Positions 60,286-64,000 of a DNA stretch of 64,000 nucleotides are shown one piece after another. Each line of letters starts with the position of its first letter. Positions within the stretch are counted from its first letter, which is position 1. Under the pieces are notes generated by a model, which was not told the origin of the DNA, searched no databases, and saw only the letters and a list, made by a program, of their open reading frames with translations. Origin of the DNA: Takakia lepidozioides (taxonomy: Eukaryota; Plantae; Bryophyta); contig CM060734.1 of the NCBI GenBank assembly GCA_030704615.1, positions 16,616,001-16,680,000 of the forward strand, written 5' to 3'. The position numbers were made by a program, and so were the translations under genes.

Positions 60286-60747
60286 CCCCTGTAAGCCCTA
60301 AGAAGCTTAGAATGGGGAGGGAAGGAATCACCTACTCAAACACCCGCCTCCGCTACTTTTGCTACTGTCGACACGCCCCCCCGCTGATATGCGACTGTTC
60401 TGTGCGCGCAGGCACTCGCGCCGTCCCCGCCGCCGCTCTCCCTCGTGGTGCCCGTTTCCTTTGCTCCCCTCCCCTCCTATGCATGCTCATACAAGCAAGA
60501 GAGAGGTGTGAGTGAGGGTGAGAGGTAAGGCCTTTCGGGGTCCAGCAACAAGAGAATGAGGGAAGGTGACATACCTGCGGGGCATTGGAGCTGGTCGCGT
60601 GGAGCTGGTCGCCCAACGCGGGAGCTGGCGCTTTGAGCTCGGGCGCGGGCGCTTCGAAGTGCGTTTCTCCTCCTCCACCCTAACCCTCTCTCACCTCCTC
60701 TTTGGTGGCACACTACAGCTCAGAAATAGGGGGGAGAGTGCTGTAGG

Positions 60748-62767
60748 CACTTAGCCAAAAACAAAACAAAAAAGGGCGGGGTAGGTGATCTTGCGACGCC
60801 CGGCTGTCGCAAGCGGCGCTGGCGCCCCGCCTTTTAAAAAAAATGGGGCGTTTCCTAGCAACCCCCTTGCATCGCAATTAAAAAAAACTCGTCGCAGTGA
60901 CACGACCCTGGATGTCGCAAGAAACGCCTTCCCTCACGCCTTGTAAGGTAGGCAATAGGGGGTTATTTTTGGGTTTAGGGTTTAATGTTTTTGGGGTTCT
61001 TAGGGTTTTTTTCTTTTCTTTTCCTTAAGGTAACTGGGGTAGGGGTATTTTTTTTTCTTTTTCTGGTGCTGGGTTTGGGTTTTGGTGTTTGGATTATAGG
61101 TTTGGTTTTGGGTCTTGGGTCCAATGATAGACGTTAATTAGGATTCATATATCCAAAAAGTGGTTTCAATTTGGTAAGCGCAAAGCGCTGGGTCTCACTA
61201 AATTTTCCATGGTGTGGGCAACCTGAGAGATATCATTTTGGGGTTTCATTGTCCTGGGTTTCTCTCACCAGAGGGAGGCTCTGCCTCTGTTTGTCAATTT
61301 GAAAGTCCCCTCTCTTTGCCGAGGTAAATTCCCAGGCCCTCCGGGAATGTGGCTTGGCCTTTTTGGGATTTTTCTTTTCTTTATACTAATGATAGGAATG
61401 GTGGTGTTTGTTAATTAGGATGCGATGATGAGGATCATCGACCTTTCGCCTCAGCGGACGGTTTGCGGTACCACACCGGGAATGGCAACCATTGCATACC
61501 CTTTGGGCGGAAACGAGGCAAGGCATATTGCACCTGATTCAGTCGGGCGACAGACACAATCGTAGAAGGGACCGGGGGCAAATTTCAGGTTGATGCGGAG
61601 GATGTTGACACTCTCCGGGATCGAGTCGGGCGCGCTACGGGGTTGCCCCCTCGCGACCACCCCGTGGTGAGAGCCCCACCACGTCCCCCTTTGACCCCCC
61701 CGACATCTGGAGTGGTCTGGTGTCACAGAGTGTTGGGCACGGATACCGCCGGGCAGCACCAAACCACCGAGGCGGCGACCGCATGTTGTCGAAGAACATT
61801 ACAGGCTGAACAAGATTGCGGATGCGGCAAATGTGAGTCTTTTTCCACCCCCTCTCATTAACGTTCATTCATATTACATTTGGTATATTTAATAATATAG
61901 TATGATTGGTATTCATACGTCAACCCAAATTACGACGTAAGTATTGATGCATCGTATACTACATATATTGCAGCCACGACTTGATGCCCAAGCTCGCAAT
62001 CACATTGCATAGGAGGCATTTCGCGCCGGTGCCAAAGCTTGTGCCCGATGTGACCAGTTGGTTCCCCCAGCATGAGATAGATGAGATGCGTAGGGTCTCG
62101 GGGTATCGTAGGTCTCGTAGGCGTTATGGCCGGTGACGAGCAGGCCACCCCCCCCTCGGCCGGTGTCCTCAGGCGGTCCCCCTGATCCGGTGTCCTCATC
62201 TGATGATTCTCCGCGCCGACGTCACTCCCGGAACGTCGCAAATTTAGCGACCTACGGGAATTGCTAAATACCCTGGACCCCCCGGCAACGGCCTGCGACG
62301 CTGGGAAGACGCCCCTACAGAGCGTTGCAATGTTGCGACTCCTGGGAATTGCAACGAAGGCCGAGGGAGGGGGTTCCATGCCTCCTGCTGCGTTGGGGGG
62401 ACGTCGTCCATTTCTAAAAATGGCAACGTGACGGAATCGCCTTCACGTCGCTGCATGGGGCGACGCGAGAACATCACAAATGGAGGTCAGCTGCCTGGGG
62501 GTCTGGCGACGCCCGGGAATCGCAAGGCCGTCGTCGCAAGCCTGGGGCGTTAGCGGGTAGTTCGCTTGCGTCAACAAGGAATCGCCGCGCGTCGCAGTCC
62601 CTGGGGGGCGCCGCTAGCTCCAGGATGGGGTGATTTGATTGCAACGCCGCTCGGAATCGCTAGGGCATCTTGGACCCCAGGGGGCGTTGCAAGGACGTCG
62701 CTGGGGCGGGGGTGGGGTGGTAGCCAACTGGTATTTGCGGTGGGGTTTTGGGGTTTTTTTATCGTTT

Positions 62768-62816
<49 letters not shown>

Positions 62817-64000
62817 GTTTTCTCGGGTCGGGTTGTGCTTCGTGCTTGCAAGAATTGCATGATTCTAATCTATAGGTCGACCCACCAAATCCACATGTCC
62901 ATTAAGGTTAGAATGAGGATCAAAATGGCAACTGAAAAAATTTATACATAAAGCGAGTACTACCTGTACATGTCTCTAACTGGGAACCATCCCTCACTCC
63001 TCATCACCTGATTCATAGGAGTACTCGTCCGAGGAATGCAAGCTACACACTGGGCCTCCACTTTGGAGGATGATGAGGCCGAGTCCGAGATTACATCATC
63101 CTTCAAACCACCCCCTACTACTGGCTCTCCCGCATCCGGCTGAGCCACTGAACTACCCATCCCCACCCCTATAGATGCACTATCCTCTGTCAATTGTGGC
63201 GCCTTGGCCATTGAGGCTACAAGGGCCTTCCACCCCTGAGTCTTGGCAAAGTCGTGCTCGAGGGAGTAGGGAGGTCTCTCAAACGGTTTTTTCTGCACAT
63301 GACATACAAATGCAATGACAGGTCAGAATTCATGATGGAAGGAGAAGCTCAAAAAGAAGAATGGGTATGACAAGGGAAAGAACACTTACGAATCGGGTGA
63401 CAAAACTCTTGCTTCCGCCGGGGCCCCACTTGTGTGTTGATTCCGCACACTTCTCAAGGCAGGCTGCAGTTGCCGCACGGCCCCTCGCGAAGATCTCTTT
63501 GTTCAGCTCTTCCCTCTCCCCTGCAATGAGAGCCTCCCAAGATTCATGTCCAGCCCCAACAAAGATACCATAAATTTTAATCAACTCCATACCGCAATGA
63601 AGTACATGCATTCAAAGACGCCAATGACAGAATGAAGTGCGTCTTACCTTGGTTATTCTATGTGGCCGCATGGTCGTTAGTTCGCCTTGAGGGCCTTGCA
63701 AATGGTTTGTCGCGCACGGTACCTCTTGTCCTTGAGGTTCTTTCCCACCAGCTCCAAGAGCTTCCCCTCATTCCACTCACCTGGAAAATTGCCCTCAAGT
63801 GCTTGCACGAGTGCTCGCCTATGGCGATGTGATTGGCGTGGCCAATCAAGATGCCAAGGGAACCACCTCGCCGCCAAGTCAAAGGCCTGCTTTTTCATGG
63901 CCTCTCAATACTCACCAATGGGGTCACCGACCTTATTGGTCTCTAAGGGGGGCACCACCATCTTTGGCAAATCAGGGACGCGGGGACCCGAGGTCTTTAC
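60748..64000 (+). mobile_element. Sister CACTA-family element (CACTTAG terminus) with degenerate exon 1/exon 2 homologues and no SET domain in the visible part
   Basis: 60748-62160 is homologous to the reverse complement of about 6490-7912. GCGACG repeats. 46-nt poly-G at 62769-62814. Confidence 0.75.
62960..64000 (-). pseudogene. TnpA/Ptta-like CACTA accessory protein exons
   Basis: WHLDWPRQS..LEGNFP; HESWEALI..STHKWGPGGSKSF (HxxGxxG). GT-AG introns and in-frame stops. Confidence 0.5.

Overview
Eukaryotic nuclear DNA, most likely from a land plant (PLS-class PPR fragments, GT-AG introns). A non-seed lineage is inferred from the TE mix. The window is a nested transposon cluster with no intact host gene and two 500-N scaffold gaps (40092-40591, 57592-58091). 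From left to right: (1) a CACTA/EnSpm element (- strand, CACTT terminus at 7912) whose Cys/His first exon is splice-phase compatible with both the Tnp2 transposase exons and an internal proline-rich + SET-domain module; (2) head-to-tail arrays and a 2.7-kb palindrome of non-autonomous units that share RNA-structure motifs with (3) a two-ORF, apparently endonuclease-less Penelope-like (Naiad/Chlamys-type) retroelement whose 5' half is inverted; (4) a GCM-domain Mutator-like element interrupted by about 21 kb of PPR-fragment mosaics, a LINE, a large Gypsy, a tRNA-iMet-primed Gypsy and a CRE-like RT fragment; (5) the 3' half of the large Gypsy, in opposite orientation but with the same TSD (probable contig misorientation), carrying an extra ORF of about 1,210 codons; (6) the 3' end of a Gypsy whose integrase ends in a PHD finger; (7) a sister CACTA lacking the SET module. 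The best novelty candidates are the SET-domain CACTA and the Penelope-like element with its array-forming non-autonomous partners. All domain calls come from motif recognition by eye; no database search was run.
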